A stretch of DNA of 64,000 bases from a bacterium (GTDB lineage: Bacteria; UBA8248), in assembly GCA_965203325.1 (NCBI GenBank), contig OZ241875.1, forward strand, positions 2,848,001 to 2,912,000, read 5' to 3'. Positions within the stretch are counted from its first letter, which is position 1; the number at the start of each line of letters is the position of its first letter. The position numbers and the translations under genes are program-made. Under the pieces are notes generated by a model that was given only the letters and a program-made list of their open reading frames with translations, was not told where the DNA came from and did not search any database. Positions 38,474 to 48,692 of this stretch are shown here, piece after piece.

Positions 38474-39484
38474 CTATGGCTTCCTGCTCTCTCCTCCGGC
38501 GAAAAACGCGGCGATCTTGCCCAGCGACGCCGGGATGTCCACGTCCCACTGGCGGTTCGAGCCGCCGCCGGTGTGGGGCAGCAAGACGGCGTTGGGAAGG
38601 CCGATGAGGGGGCTGTCGGCGGGCAGGGGCTCGTAGCAGTAGACGTCGAGCCCGGCCATGGCGATCGCGCCCGTTCTGAGCGCATCTGCGAGCGCCGCCT
38701 CATCGACGAGCGCGCCCCGGCCCACGTTGATGAGGGCCGCCGTATTCTTCATGCGCGCGAGCTGTTCCGCGCCGATCATCCCCTCGCTCTCTTCTGTATG
38801 CGGAAGCACGAGTACGAGGTAGTCGACCTGCTCAAGCAGATCTTCAAAGGGAAGATACGCCGCCCGGTACTCCGCCTCCACGTCCGGCGTGTGGCGCGTG
38901 CGCTGGTAGTAGAAGATCTCCATGTCGAAGGCCAAACAGCGCCTGGCGATGTCCATGCCGATGTCGCCCAGTCCGATGATTCCGACGTTCTTGCCGAATA
39001 GCTCCGCAACGCCCTCGATCTCCGGCCAGTTGGGCCGGATGTTCCACTGGCTGGTCGCGACGGGTTCCAGCCCCATCTCGCGGTAGACGCCCGCCTCGAC
39101 CGCCCGCTGGCCTAAAATCGTCTTGCGCTCGCAACACAGCATGAGAGTCAGGGCTTGTTCGGCCACGGTGGCGTTGCGCATGAGCGACTGCGTGCCGACG
39201 GGGATTCCGCGCTCGCGCGCCGCGGCCGCGTCGATGTTCTTGCAGTTCAGGCCGTGTTTCTGGATGTAGCGGAGCTTGGCAGCCGCCTGGATGACCGAAG
39301 CCGGCAGCGCCGCCTTGTAGCATAGGATCGCCTCGGCTTCCGGTGCGAGTGCCAAGAGCGCGTCTTCCTCCGTGCTGTCGGGCGCGATGATATCGAAAGG
39401 CTCGGAGGCTGCGTTCGCCTTGACCCGGCTCAGAAAACGGCCCGACGCCCCGTCGGTGACGAGCAGGCGTATCTTGTCGTTCAT
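38474..39484 (-). CDS. D-isomer-specific 2-hydroxyacid dehydrogenase
   Basis: GIIGLGDIG, LINVGRG, AGLDVYCYEP and LPHTGG; AAGGAG RBS. Confidence 0.93.
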   Translation of the reverse strand: MNDKIRLLVTDGASGRFLSRVKANAASEPFDIIAPDSTEEDALLALAPEAEAILCYKAALPASVIQAAAKLRYIQKHGLNCKNIDAAAARERGIPVGTQSLMRNATVAEQALTLMLCCERKTILGQRAVEAGVYREMGLEPVATSQWNIRPNWPEIEGVAELFGKNVGIIGLGDIGMDIARRCLAFDMEIFYYQRTRHTPDVEAEYRAAYLPFEDLLEQVDYLVLVLPHTEESEGMIGAEQLARMKNTAALINVGRGALVDEAALADALRTGAIAMAGLDVYCYEPLPADSPLIGLPNAVLLPHTGGGSNRQWDVDIPASLGKIAAFFAGGESRKP

Positions 39485-39756
39485 GTGCTCTCCTTGCGTG
39501 GGGTGTGATGTGAGAAACAGAAGGTTCTTCTTATCATAGTCGGGGCGGGGGTTGCTATTGGGTGTTTTTTTTTGTTGGCAGTTTCTCCCCAGGAGGGTTT
39601 CAAAAATTACTCCCCCTCGGGGGTTTTTGAAAGAGCCGGTTTCGGGCGCGGCGGTACGGGGATTACTCAGCGGCGTCATGGGAGTTCGCGTAGGGGGGAG
39701 CAGTTCTTCTTTAATCGGTTGCCGATGACTCTCAAGGGGGCGCCGGTTTCTTTTCT

Positions 39757-40176
39757 TCAGCTCTCCGCCAGCTTTTTCAGATTCGCCAGTTCCACGATGT
39801 TCTCTTCCGTCCCGCCCCGGTGGAGGGTCTGGTCCTCGTAAGCCTCGTTGTCCACGGTGTGCATCACGTGGGTGAGGTCGCCCACCTGCTCGAAGCGGTA
39901 GGTGATGACCTGGGCGGGCTTATCGCTCCCGCCGACGTAGTTCTCCCAGACGATCTTGGAATGAGGCTCCCATACGGTGATCACCGAGTCGCACTCGGGC
40001 CTGTCGTGAAAGGTCTGGTGGAACCGGGTCCCCGCCCCCTGGTGGCCTCCAGGCGAGGTGATCGTCACCTCCTTGGAGAACGGCGCGATTTGGGGATGCG
40101 TCTCCACGTTCCCGACGAACTCGAAAACCTTATCGACGGGAGCGCGGACTTGTTCGAGGACGACGACTGGCGGCAT
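39757..40176 (-). CDS. SRPBCC/START family protein
   Basis: GGAGG RBS; VRAPVDKVFEFV...ELANLKKLAES pattern. Confidence 0.82.
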   Translation of the reverse strand: MPPVVVLEQVRAPVDKVFEFVGNVETHPQIAPFSKEVTITSPGGHQGAGTRFHQTFHDRPECDSVITVWEPHSKIVWENYVGGSDKPAQVITYRFEQVGDLTHVMHTVDNEAYEDQTLHRGGTEENIVELANLKKLAES

Positions 40177-40232
40177 CGGTTCTTTCCTCCATGTGCTGAC
40201 CGGCCCGCGTTCCAGATGGGCCGGAGAGTCGT

Positions 40233-41144
40233 TTAACCGGGAATGACGGTTTCCTGCCCCATCCGGCTCGTGGGCCGCCAGCGCAGGGCGCGCCCTTCGG
40301 CCCAGTTCAATATCTGGTTCACCAGGATGACCAGGAACATGAGCAGGAAGATGATCAGGATGAGGCCCGTGGTGTAGTACTCGTTGTTGTAGCGCTGCAG
40401 CAGGTAGCCGAGTCCTTTGTCGGCGATGATGTATTCGCCGACGATCGCGCCCACCATGCCGAAGGGGATGCTGATCTTGAGACCGTTGAATATCCACGGC
40501 GAGGCGGAGGGAATCACGATCTTGCGCAGAATGGCCAGCTTGCTCCCCCCCAGAACGCGCGAGACGTTGATGAGGTCCCGGCTCACGCCCCGGATGCCCG
40601 CGAACGTGCTCACGAAAGTCAGGAAGAACACGATGGTCATCACCAGGATGATCTTGGGCTGTCGCTCGATACCGAACCACGCGATGAACAGAGGAGCGTA
40701 CGCGATGCGCGGAACTCCGTTGAAAGCCATGATGAACGGCTCGATGACCAGGGCCACGACATCGATTTCCGCCAGCAGGAAGCCGAAGAGAATCCCGGCG
40801 AGGGCGCCGAAGACATAGCCCCAGAAGGTGTTCTCCACCGTGTAGAAGAAGTGCACCCACAAGGAGCCGTCCGGATTGGCCGGGTCCGCGATCTCGAAAA
40901 ACGACGTTACGAGCAGACTCGGGCTGGAGATGGTGCGGTGGTCGATGAGACGCCCCGAAACGGCTTCCCACAATACGATCATGATCACGCCGAACAGAAC
41001 GCGCAGCGCCGCCACGCGCACCCAGCGGAGCTCCTCCGCGTTCCTCACCCGCCACCACAGCAGGCGCGCTCCTGTGACTTCTGGAGGAAGGAGGAGGTCC
41101 AGTTCCTCAGGAGGCGTGGATTTCACTTCGTCGGTCTGCGCCAT
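40233..41144 (-). CDS. ABC importer permease (NitT/TauT/SsuC family)
   Basis: VPRIAYAPLFIAWFG, EAA-like loop and GAIVGEY...GLG. Confidence 0.93.
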   Translation of the reverse strand: MAQTDEVKSTPPEELDLLLPPEVTGARLLWWRVRNAEELRWVRVAALRVLFGVIMIVLWEAVSGRLIDHRTISSPSLLVTSFFEIADPANPDGSLWVHFFYTVENTFWGYVFGALAGILFGFLLAEIDVVALVIEPFIMAFNGVPRIAYAPLFIAWFGIERQPKIILVMTIVFFLTFVSTFAGIRGVSRDLINVSRVLGGSKLAILRKIVIPSASPWIFNGLKISIPFGMVGAIVGEYIIADKGLGYLLQRYNNEYYTTGLILIIFLLMFLVILVNQILNWAEGRALRWRPTSRMGQETVIPG

Positions 41145-41923
41145 TACATCACCTTCGCCACTTCGTCTCTGAGCTCTTCCCAGAGCTTGTCGTAGATCTC
41201 GCGGTAAGCTTGGGAGTCGTGGATGTGGTAGACGTCGCGCGGTCTCGGGATCGTCACGGGGGTGACGCTCTTGATGGTCCCGGGCCGGCCCGTCATCACC
41301 ACCACTCTATCGGCCAGCGTGATGGCTTCGGCCAGGTCGTGCGTGATGAAGACGATGGTCTTGCGCTCTTCGCGCCAGAGCTCGAGCAACTGGTTCTGGA
41401 GCGTGAGGCGGGTCTGGGCGTCCAGGGGGCCGAAGGGCTCATCCATCAGGATGACGCGGGGGTCGCATATCAGGGTGCGGATGATGTTTACGCGCTGGCG
41501 CATTCCCCCCGACAACTCGTGCGGGTAATGGTTCTCGAAGCCCGAGAGGCCCACCTTGTCGATCAGGGCCTGCACGCGCTCGGCGACGCCGTTCGAGACG
41601 GACACACCGCGGAACTCCAGGGGGAGCAGCACGTTCTTGCGCAGGGTCCGCCAGGGCAGCAGGTTGTCCTGCTGGGTCACGTAGCCGATCTCGGGGTTCA
41701 GCCCGCTGGTGCGCTCTCCCCGGAAATGCACCTCCCCGCTGCTGGGGGGGAAGAGCCCGGCCAGGATGTTCAGCAGGGTGCTCTTGCCGCAGCCGCTCGG
41801 CCCGACGATGGTCACGAACTCCCCCTCGCCCACGTCGAGGTTCACGTCGGACATCGCATGGACGATGGTCCCCCGCGAGAGGAACCGCTTGCCGACCTGC
41901 CGGATGGACAAAGACGCCGTCAA
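41144..41923 (-). CDS. ABC importer ATP-binding protein (NitT/TauB family)
   Basis: [23 protein letters not shown] and MDEPFGPLD. Confidence 0.95.
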   Translation of the reverse strand: MTASLSIRQVGKRFLSRGTIVHAMSDVNLDVGEGEFVTIVGPSGCGKSTLLNILAGLFPPSSGEVHFRGERTSGLNPEIGYVTQQDNLLPWRTLRKNVLLPLEFRGVSVSNGVAERVQALIDKVGLSGFENHYPHELSGGMRQRVNIIRTLICDPRVILMDEPFGPLDAQTRLTLQNQLLELWREERKTIVFITHDLAEAITLADRVVVMTGRPGTIKSVTPVTIPRPRDVYHIHDSQAYREIYDKLWEELRDEVAKVM

Positions 41924-42094
41924 CGAATCATGCTCCCTAAGCTCCTCCGGCCGGAGCGTTCACGCCCCGGCGGGGTTGTTGAATCATCCTGCAATGGCGG
42001 GATGACGAGCAAAACCACGCCTTCCTTGAGGTTCTTTTCACTCCCCCCTTGAGGGCGATGTTGAAAAAGCCCACAGAAGGAGCATGCAACATTT

Positions 42095-42247
42095 CACTCC
42101 CCCCTTGAGGGGGAGTCGATGAAGCCGAGCGTATTTTGCGAAGGCTGAATCGGTGGGGGGACATGCCACAGAAAAAAAACTCCCCCCACCAGCGCGGTTT
42201 CGGGCTAAAGCCCTCGCCTTGCTGACTCCCCCCTCAAGGGGGGAGTG
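42095..42247. repeat. About 153-bp MITE/REP-like element with palindromic terminal inverted repeats
   Basis: cactccccccttgagggggagtc (42095-42117) and gactcccccctcaaggggggagtg (42224-42247); partial copies near 42039 and 48349-48391. Confidence 0.75.
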
Positions 42248-42402
42248 GAACTTCCCTCTTCTTGTACGGCAATAGGCCGCATGGGGGAAGTGAAGTCTCC
42301 TCTCCCCCCGGTCAGCCCCATACGCCGAATCAAGCAATCATCACTTTTGAAACAGCCCCCCTCACAGGAGGGAGGCTGCACAGAATCTACAGAAAAACCC
42401 GC

Positions 42403-43425
42403 CTACTTGAGAAAATCGTCCGTCCACACGTCGCTGCGCTTGACGCTCTTGAGGTTCTTGAGCTTGCCGCCGCTCTTCATGATGTTGAACGTGGTCTGGA
42501 CGGCCTCGTCGGTCATCCTGCCGGTCGGGTTGACCGCGCCCTTCACCGTGGCGACCGAGATGCGAAGCGCCTCGGGCGTGACGCGCTTGCCGAAAAACGG
42601 CGTCATGTCCTTGGTGAGCTGCTCGACGGAGGTCTTCTGGATGTAGTTCTGCGACTTCATGACCGCCCGCGCCATCCGCTTCACGAGGCCGGGGCGCTCC
42701 TTCATGAGCTTGGGCGTGGCCATGACGGCCGTCATCATGAACTCCTTGATGGCCTTGTCCTCGCCGGCCGCCCAGTTCACGAACCAGATGCCGAGCCCCT
42801 GGGAGAGCATGCGTTCGGGGTGCGGCGTGGAGATGGTGAAGATGTCGATCTTGCGGTTCTTGAAAGCCGGCAGCATGGTGCCGCCGCCGCCCACGGCGAG
42901 GATGCGCACGTCTGCGGGAACCTTGAGGTTTGCGCGGCCCAGCAGGTTGCGGGCGAGCACGTCGGTGAGGGCGCCCGGCCGCGTCACGCCTATCTTCAAG
43001 CCCTTGGCGCGCTTGACCTTATCCATCAAGGGCATGCCGTCCTTGATGCCCGCCTTCTTGGCCGCGTCCTTGTGGATGACCATCCCGATGATGTTGCGCC
43101 GCAGCAGGTCCACGAAGCCGATGGCCCGCTTGCCCGAGTTGAGCGCGTTCAACTGGTAGGTGCCCGGGCTGGCGGTGAACTCCGCCTTGCCCGCCAGGAC
43201 GGCCGTCAGGTGCGGTCCGCCGCCTGCGGTGGCCTTCACGTCCAGGGTGAGGCCCTCTTCCTTGAAGAATCCTTTTATCCGTCCCACGTAGATCGGGAAA
43301 AAGCTCAGGCTGTCTACCGGCTGGGTGAGAATGACCTTGTCGGCGGCCGGGGCGGCGCTTGTGAGCGTGAGCGAAAGCGCGAGTGCTGCGATTACCGGGA
43401 GAATCCGTATCCATTTACGCCACAT
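42403..43425 (-). CDS. ABC importer substrate-binding protein (NMT1/SsuA/TauA family)
   Basis: AAAGGAG RBS; signal peptide; GFFKEEGL and KIGVTRPGALT. Confidence 0.9.
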   Translation of the reverse strand: MWRKWIRILPVIAALALSLTLTSAAPAADKVILTQPVDSLSFFPIYVGRIKGFFKEEGLTLDVKATAGGGPHLTAVLAGKAEFTASPGTYQLNALNSGKRAIGFVDLLRRNIIGMVIHKDAAKKAGIKDGMPLMDKVKRAKGLKIGVTRPGALTDVLARNLLGRANLKVPADVRILAVGGGGTMLPAFKNRKIDIFTISTPHPERMLSQGLGIWFVNWAAGEDKAIKEFMMTAVMATPKLMKERPGLVKRMARAVMKSQNYIQKTSVEQLTKDMTPFFGKRVTPEALRISVATVKGAVNPTGRMTDEAVQTTFNIMKSGGKLKNLKSVKRSDVWTDDFLK

Positions 43426-43931
43426 GAAATTACTCCTTTCAACCAAAGTTAAAGATCGGCTCCGGGGACGTTCGCCGTCCCGAAGCGTAGAATGACCACA
43501 CCGGATTCGCCCGGTGTTGATGGCGTGAACGATGTCTGACTTTTGGTAGCGAAAGAATCTACAGACAATGGGTTGTGCTGTCAATTCTGGGGGGGGATCA
43601 GGGGCGTGCGGGCAGGGGGAGTAAATCCCGAACCGCACATTGCCGGAAAATATATGCAATCCCTCCCACCATCTCCGCCGCATGTTCCAACGGAAAGTCG
43701 ACCGGGCGCGCGATGAAGCGCAGGCGCGGGGCTGGCTCCGTCCATTTCCAAACCATTGTAAATATTTCCGGTTTGCCCTATACGCGCACAATAAAGGGAT
43801 CAAGGCGAAAGAAAGTCTCTCGAACTCGCGCTCCGCACGGGTGCAGGGCATGCGGCGGCCAACGATGAGCGGTGGGGGAGGATTCCCGATCATGCGGAAA
43901 TCGGGGTCGCCGGGGCCGGAAAAGGGGAGTC

Positions 43932-45056
43932 ATGGCTGCCGTTGATCTCATCGATGTGACGAAGCGCTTCGGCCGGGTCACCGTCATCACCGATCTGAAC
44001 CTGCAGATCGCAGAAGGCGAATTCGTGGTGCTGGTCGGCCCCTCGGGGTGCGGAAAGTCCACGACGCTTCGCATGATCGCGGGCCTCGAGGAAGTCTCGG
44101 CGGGCCGGATCATGATCGCCGGAAAAGACGTCACTCACGCGTCTCCCAAGGCCCGCGACATCACCATGGTGTTCCAGTCCTACGCGCTCTATCCGCACAT
44201 GGACGTGGCGGGCAACATGTCGTTCTCGCTTCGCCTCGCCAAGTTCCCGAAGGCGGAGATCGCAGCACGGGTGGCGCGCGCCGCGGAAATGCTCGGTCTC
44301 TCCGAGCTGCTTCACCGCCAGCCGCGAGAGCTGTCGGGCGGACAGCGCCAGCGCGTCGCCATGGGCCGCGCCATCGTGCGCGACGCCTATTGCTTCCTGT
44401 TCGACGAACCCCTCTCGAACCTCGACGCCAAGCTCCGCGCCCAGATGCGCACCGAGCTGGCGTTGCTGCACAAGCAACTCGACCGCACCATGATCTACGT
44501 GACCCACGACCAGATAGAGGCGATGACCATGGCCGACCGCATCGTGATCATGGACGAGGGGGTCATCCAGCAGATCGGCACGCCGCCCGAGGTCTACAAC
44601 CACCCGGTCAACCGGTTCGTCGCCGGCTTCATCGGCTCGCCGGCCATGAACATGCTGGACGGAGAGATCAGAGGAGATGGCTCGGAATACGTCATCGTCG
44701 GAGACGGCTTCGAACTGCCGGTTCCCAGGGCCTTCCACGAGAGCCTGGAGGGCGCCGCCTCCCGGAACGTCGTCGCGGGCCTGCGGCCCGAACATTTCTC
44801 CTCGACGGGCGCGAGGGATTCGGGCGGCGCCACGGCCCCGGTGCAGCTGACGGTCGACGTCGCCGAGTATGTCGGCGCCAACCAGTTTCTCGCCGCGCGC
44901 ATCGGCGAGCAAAGGATTTCCGTCTCCGTGGAAGCCGGCCCGGAGCACGGGCGGATGGAGTCGGGCACCTATTATTTCGAAACGGAGAGGCTCTACCTGT
45001 TCGACAAGGAGACCGGTCTCGCGCTCAAGCCCGCCGCTCGGGCCGGGACGTTTTAA
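43932..45056 (+). CDS. Carbohydrate ABC transporter ATP-binding protein (MalK/UgpC family)
   Basis: [36 protein letters not shown] and TOBE domain. Confidence 0.95.
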   Translation: MAAVDLIDVTKRFGRVTVITDLNLQIAEGEFVVLVGPSGCGKSTTLRMIAGLEEVSAGRIMIAGKDVTHASPKARDITMVFQSYALYPHMDVAGNMSFSLRLAKFPKAEIAARVARAAEMLGLSELLHRQPRELSGGQRQRVAMGRAIVRDAYCFLFDEPLSNLDAKLRAQMRTELALLHKQLDRTMIYVTHDQIEAMTMADRIVIMDEGVIQQIGTPPEVYNHPVNRFVAGFIGSPAMNMLDGEIRGDGSEYVIVGDGFELPVPRAFHESLEGAASRNVVAGLRPEHFSSTGARDSGGATAPVQLTVDVAEYVGANQFLAARIGEQRISVSVEAGPEHGRMESGTYYFETERLYLFDKETGLALKPAARAGTF

Positions 45057-45081
45057 TTACTAACCTCATAAGGAGGAAATC

Positions 45082-46437
45082 ATGAAATCGAAATGCAGAA
45101 ACCTGGGGATGGCTGTGCTCGCGGCGGCCCTGGCCCTGACGTTCAGCGCCACGACGCTGATGGCCAATCCCTACGAGAAGTACAAGGGCAAGACGCTGGT
45201 GGTTAGCTGGCCCTCGAATTCGCACTTCAAGAAGGCCAAGCAACTGGTCGCCGAGTTCACCAAGGAGACGGGCATCAAGGTCGAGATCGACTACTCCCAG
45301 TACCTCAAGATGCGGAATCGCCAGCTTCTGGAGATGAGCAAGAAAGACGGCGATTTCGACGTCGTCGCCTGGGTGGTGATGTGGAAGGGCGAGTACGTGG
45401 CGAAGGGCCTGTTGACGCCCCTGTCGCAGTTCTTCACCAGCCCCGCGTTCGTCGACCCGAACTTCGATATCGAGGACATCTCCGACGCCTACATCCAGAA
45501 CGGCGGCATCGTCGGCGGCAAGAAGGGCTATCTCCCCGGCAAGTCGGGTGCGCTCTACGGCCTGCCGTTCGGCGCCGAGACCTCGATCCTGGCCTATCGC
45601 AAGGACGTGTTCAAGAAGCTGGGCCTCGCCGTGCCGAAGACCTACGCCGACGTGCGCAAGGCGGCGAAGACCATCAAGGAGAAGACGGGAATGGGCGGCC
45701 TCACCATGCGCGGCAAGACCGGGCACCAGGTCACGGCCGCTTGGCTGTTCCATGCCGCGCCCATGGGCGCCCGCGTCTTCAATGACAAGTGGGAGCCCGT
45801 CTTCAACAGCCCCGCCGGCGTGAAGACCGCGGAGTTCCTGCGCGAGACGGTGAAGTACGGCCCCCGCGGCATTCCGTCCTACAGCTACGGCGAAGCGTCC
45901 AAAGCGTTCCTGCATGGCGACGCCGCCATGTACATCGACTCGCTGAAGATCGCCGCCCGGGCGCGCGACCCGAAGCAATCGAAGGTCGTCGGCAAGGTCG
46001 GCTACGCGCTGCACCCGACCGACGTTCAATGCGGCTCCGAGACGGGCGGTTTCGCCATGGGCATACCGGCCAACTCGAAGAACAAGGAGGCGGCGTTCCT
46101 GTTCATCCAGTGGATGACCTCGAAGAAGGCCGACCGTCGGATCGTCGAGCTCGGCGGCGACCCGATCCGCATTTCCACGCTCACCGATCCGGTGTTCTCC
46201 AAGAAGTTCCCGGAATACCCGGTGATCGCGGAACAGCTCAAATGCGCCGACCCGGACTGGCGGCCGCTGATCCCCGAGTGGAACGAGCTGAACATCAAGG
46301 TGCTCGGCATCGCGCTTCACCAGGTGCTGACTTCCGACAAGCCCATCAAGCCGATTCTGGACAAGGCGGCGGAGCAGGCGCGCGCCGTCATGAAACGCGA
46401 GGGCTACTATCAGTGGCAGTCGATATCTTCCAAGTAG
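45082..46437 (+). CDS. Carbohydrate ABC transporter substrate-binding protein
   Basis: AAGGAGG RBS; signal peptide; FTKETGIKVE, LYGLPF and SKNKEAAFLFIQW. Confidence 0.93.
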   Translation: MKSKCRNLGMAVLAAALALTFSATTLMANPYEKYKGKTLVVSWPSNSHFKKAKQLVAEFTKETGIKVEIDYSQYLKMRNRQLLEMSKKDGDFDVVAWVVMWKGEYVAKGLLTPLSQFFTSPAFVDPNFDIEDISDAYIQNGGIVGGKKGYLPGKSGALYGLPFGAETSILAYRKDVFKKLGLAVPKTYADVRKAAKTIKEKTGMGGLTMRGKTGHQVTAAWLFHAAPMGARVFNDKWEPVFNSPAGVKTAEFLRETVKYGPRGIPSYSYGEASKAFLHGDAAMYIDSLKIAARARDPKQSKVVGKVGYALHPTDVQCGSETGGFAMGIPANSKNKEAAFLFIQWMTSKKADRRIVELGGDPIRISTLTDPVFSKKFPEYPVIAEQLKCADPDWRPLIPEWNELNIKVLGIALHQVLTSDKPIKPILDKAAEQARAVMKREGYYQWQSISSK

Positions 46438-46519
46438 CCGAAACCCCTGAACCCGCCTCCCCCGGCCCTGCCGGGGGAGGCGCTTCACCTGCGGACAGCC
46501 GGTTCCCGGAACGTGCGCG

Positions 46520-47431
46520 ATGAGCGACCCGTCCCCTCCGGTCGCAACGGGCATGCGGCGGTGGCTCGTCGGTTACCTGTTCGTCGCGCCCGCCGTCCTG
46601 CTCATGGGCGCGGGCCTCATCTATCCGGTCGTCCAGGGACTGTTGCTCAGCATGCAGGACTGGGCGATCGGCACGCCGATGTCCACGGCGGAGTTCATCG
46701 GCGCGGAAAACTATCTGCGCATGCTCCGCGACGAAAACGTCCAGGAATCCATGTGGGTGACGTTCAAGTTCGGCTTCTTCACGATCACTATCGAGATGAC
46801 GCTGGGGGTCGCGCTGGCCCTGCTGCTCGAGAAACCGATTCGCGGCGCGTCCATCTTCCGGACGATCTTCATCATGCCGCTCATGATCTCGCCGGTGGTG
46901 GTCGGATTGGTATGGCGCTACCTCTACGACGCACGGGCGGGCTGGATCAACCATTACCTGGAACTCGCCGGCTTCGAGCCGCTGATCTGGCTGGGCGAGC
47001 CACACCTCGCGTTTTTCGCCATCGTGTTCACGGACATCTGGCAGTGGACGCCGTTCGTCTTCATCATCGTGATCGCGGGCCTCCAGGCGCTGCCGTCGGA
47101 GGTACTCGAAGCATCGCGCATCGACGGCGCCAATACGTGGCAGCAGATATTTCTCGTGAAGCTGCCGATGATCAGGTCGATCCTGATCATCGCCCTCCTG
47201 CTCCGTATCATCGACGTTTTCAAGGGGCTGGAGGTCATGCTGATCATGACCGAAGGCGGGCCGGGACTGGCGACGGAACTGCTGTCGCTGCACGTCTATA
47301 AGACCGCCTTCGACGCCCAGCAACTCGGCTATGCGGCGGCTATCTCCGTCCTCCTGCTGCTGATCGTCTTCGCGCTCAGCCTGGCGATCCTGCTGATCAG
47401 CAACCCCATGAAGTCCCGCGCCGACGTGTGA
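46520..47431 (+). CDS. Carbohydrate ABC transporter permease (MalF-like)
   Basis: FIGAENY, WQWTPF and EASRIDGA. Confidence 0.95.
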   Translation: MSDPSPPVATGMRRWLVGYLFVAPAVLLMGAGLIYPVVQGLLLSMQDWAIGTPMSTAEFIGAENYLRMLRDENVQESMWVTFKFGFFTITIEMTLGVALALLLEKPIRGASIFRTIFIMPLMISPVVVGLVWRYLYDARAGWINHYLELAGFEPLIWLGEPHLAFFAIVFTDIWQWTPFVFIIVIAGLQALPSEVLEASRIDGANTWQQIFLVKLPMIRSILIIALLLRIIDVFKGLEVMLIMTEGGPGLATELLSLHVYKTAFDAQQLGYAAAISVLLLLIVFALSLAILLISNPMKSRADV

Positions 47432-47432
47432 G

Positions 47433-48275
47433 GTGAAGGCGATGCGCATCGAATCGACGAAAGCGAGGATGCTCTTCCATTACGCCGGGCTGATCGTGTT
47501 GTCGATAATCTGCCTGACGCCCATCTACATCATGATCAGCACGTCCTTCAAAAACGAGGTGGTGATCTTCGACGGCAATCCCGTGTGGTTTTTCTTCTTC
47601 CCCACGCTTCAGAACTACGCCGACATCATCGGCGATTCGCACTTCGACCGGTATCTGGTGAATTCCATCATCGTGGGCGTTTCGGCGACCCTCATCACGC
47701 TGACGACCGGCGGCATGGCGGCCTACGCTCTGGCCCGCATGCAGTTCCCGGGACGCCAGTCCATCGCCAACGGGGCGCTCCTGGTCCGCATGATACCGCC
47801 GGCGGTGCTGGCAATCCCGGCCTTCGCGGTCTCTATCGTGCTGGGAATCGCGAACCAGCTTTCGGGTCTCATCTTCTTCTACACGGCGCTCAACCTGCCC
47901 TTCGCCATCTGGCTGCTCTACGGCTTCGTGAAGCAGGTCCCGATCGAGCTCGAGGAAGCCGCCATCGTCGACGGGGCCACGCCCTGGCAGGTTTTCACCC
48001 GCGTTCTCTTCCCGGTGATGAAGGCCGGTTACGCGGTGACCGGCATCTTCGTATTCCGGATCGCGTGGAACGAGTTCATCCTGGCCCTGCTGCTGACGGA
48101 CAGGACCACGCGCACGCTGCCTGTCGCCACCAGCCTGTTCCTGACGGACGCGGGTCCCGAATGGGGGCGCATCATGGCCATGGGCACGCTGATCGTCATT
48201 CCGCCGCTGATCTTCACCTTCTTCTCCGCGCGGCAGATCATCGCGGGCATGACGGCCGGCGCGGTGAAAGGGTAA
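47433..48275 (+). CDS. Carbohydrate ABC transporter permease (MalG-like)
   Basis: PTLQNY, ELEEAAIVDGA, WNEF and GMTAGAVKG. Confidence 0.95.
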   Translation: MKAMRIESTKARMLFHYAGLIVLSIICLTPIYIMISTSFKNEVVIFDGNPVWFFFFPTLQNYADIIGDSHFDRYLVNSIIVGVSATLITLTTGGMAAYALARMQFPGRQSIANGALLVRMIPPAVLAIPAFAVSIVLGIANQLSGLIFFYTALNLPFAIWLLYGFVKQVPIELEEAAIVDGATPWQVFTRVLFPVMKAGYAVTGIFVFRIAWNEFILALLLTDRTTRTLPVATSLFLTDAGPEWGRIMAMGTLIVIPPLIFTFFSARQIIAGMTAGAVKG

Positions 48276-48692
48276 CCGGAAGGGGCTGTTGAAAAGCCGT
48301 TATGCGACCCCTGCGAAGATTACCTTCCACCGAGGAGAATTCCGAAACCACTCCCCCTTGCAGAGCGCCCAACAACCACTCCCTTGAGGGTCGGGCATCC
48401 CGATGAGGAGATGCACGACGAACCGAAAAAGCCCGTCTCGCAACGGGTTGCCAGCGGCGGGCAGGACGTCTCTTCTCGCCGGGGAGAGGATTCATACTCA
48501 GGCGGGTCGAAGAGGCTAGCTGAGATTTATAGACGCGCTTCGCGCATGACGCCTGCGATGATGTTTCATGGATTTCATCCGCGCATCGGGTTCGGCACCG
48601 GTGGACATGAACGACTCCGGGTTCGCCTCTATACGGATCGGGTATGTATGTGTATAGTGATCCGAAATTACCCTTTCATAAGAAGAAACCTA

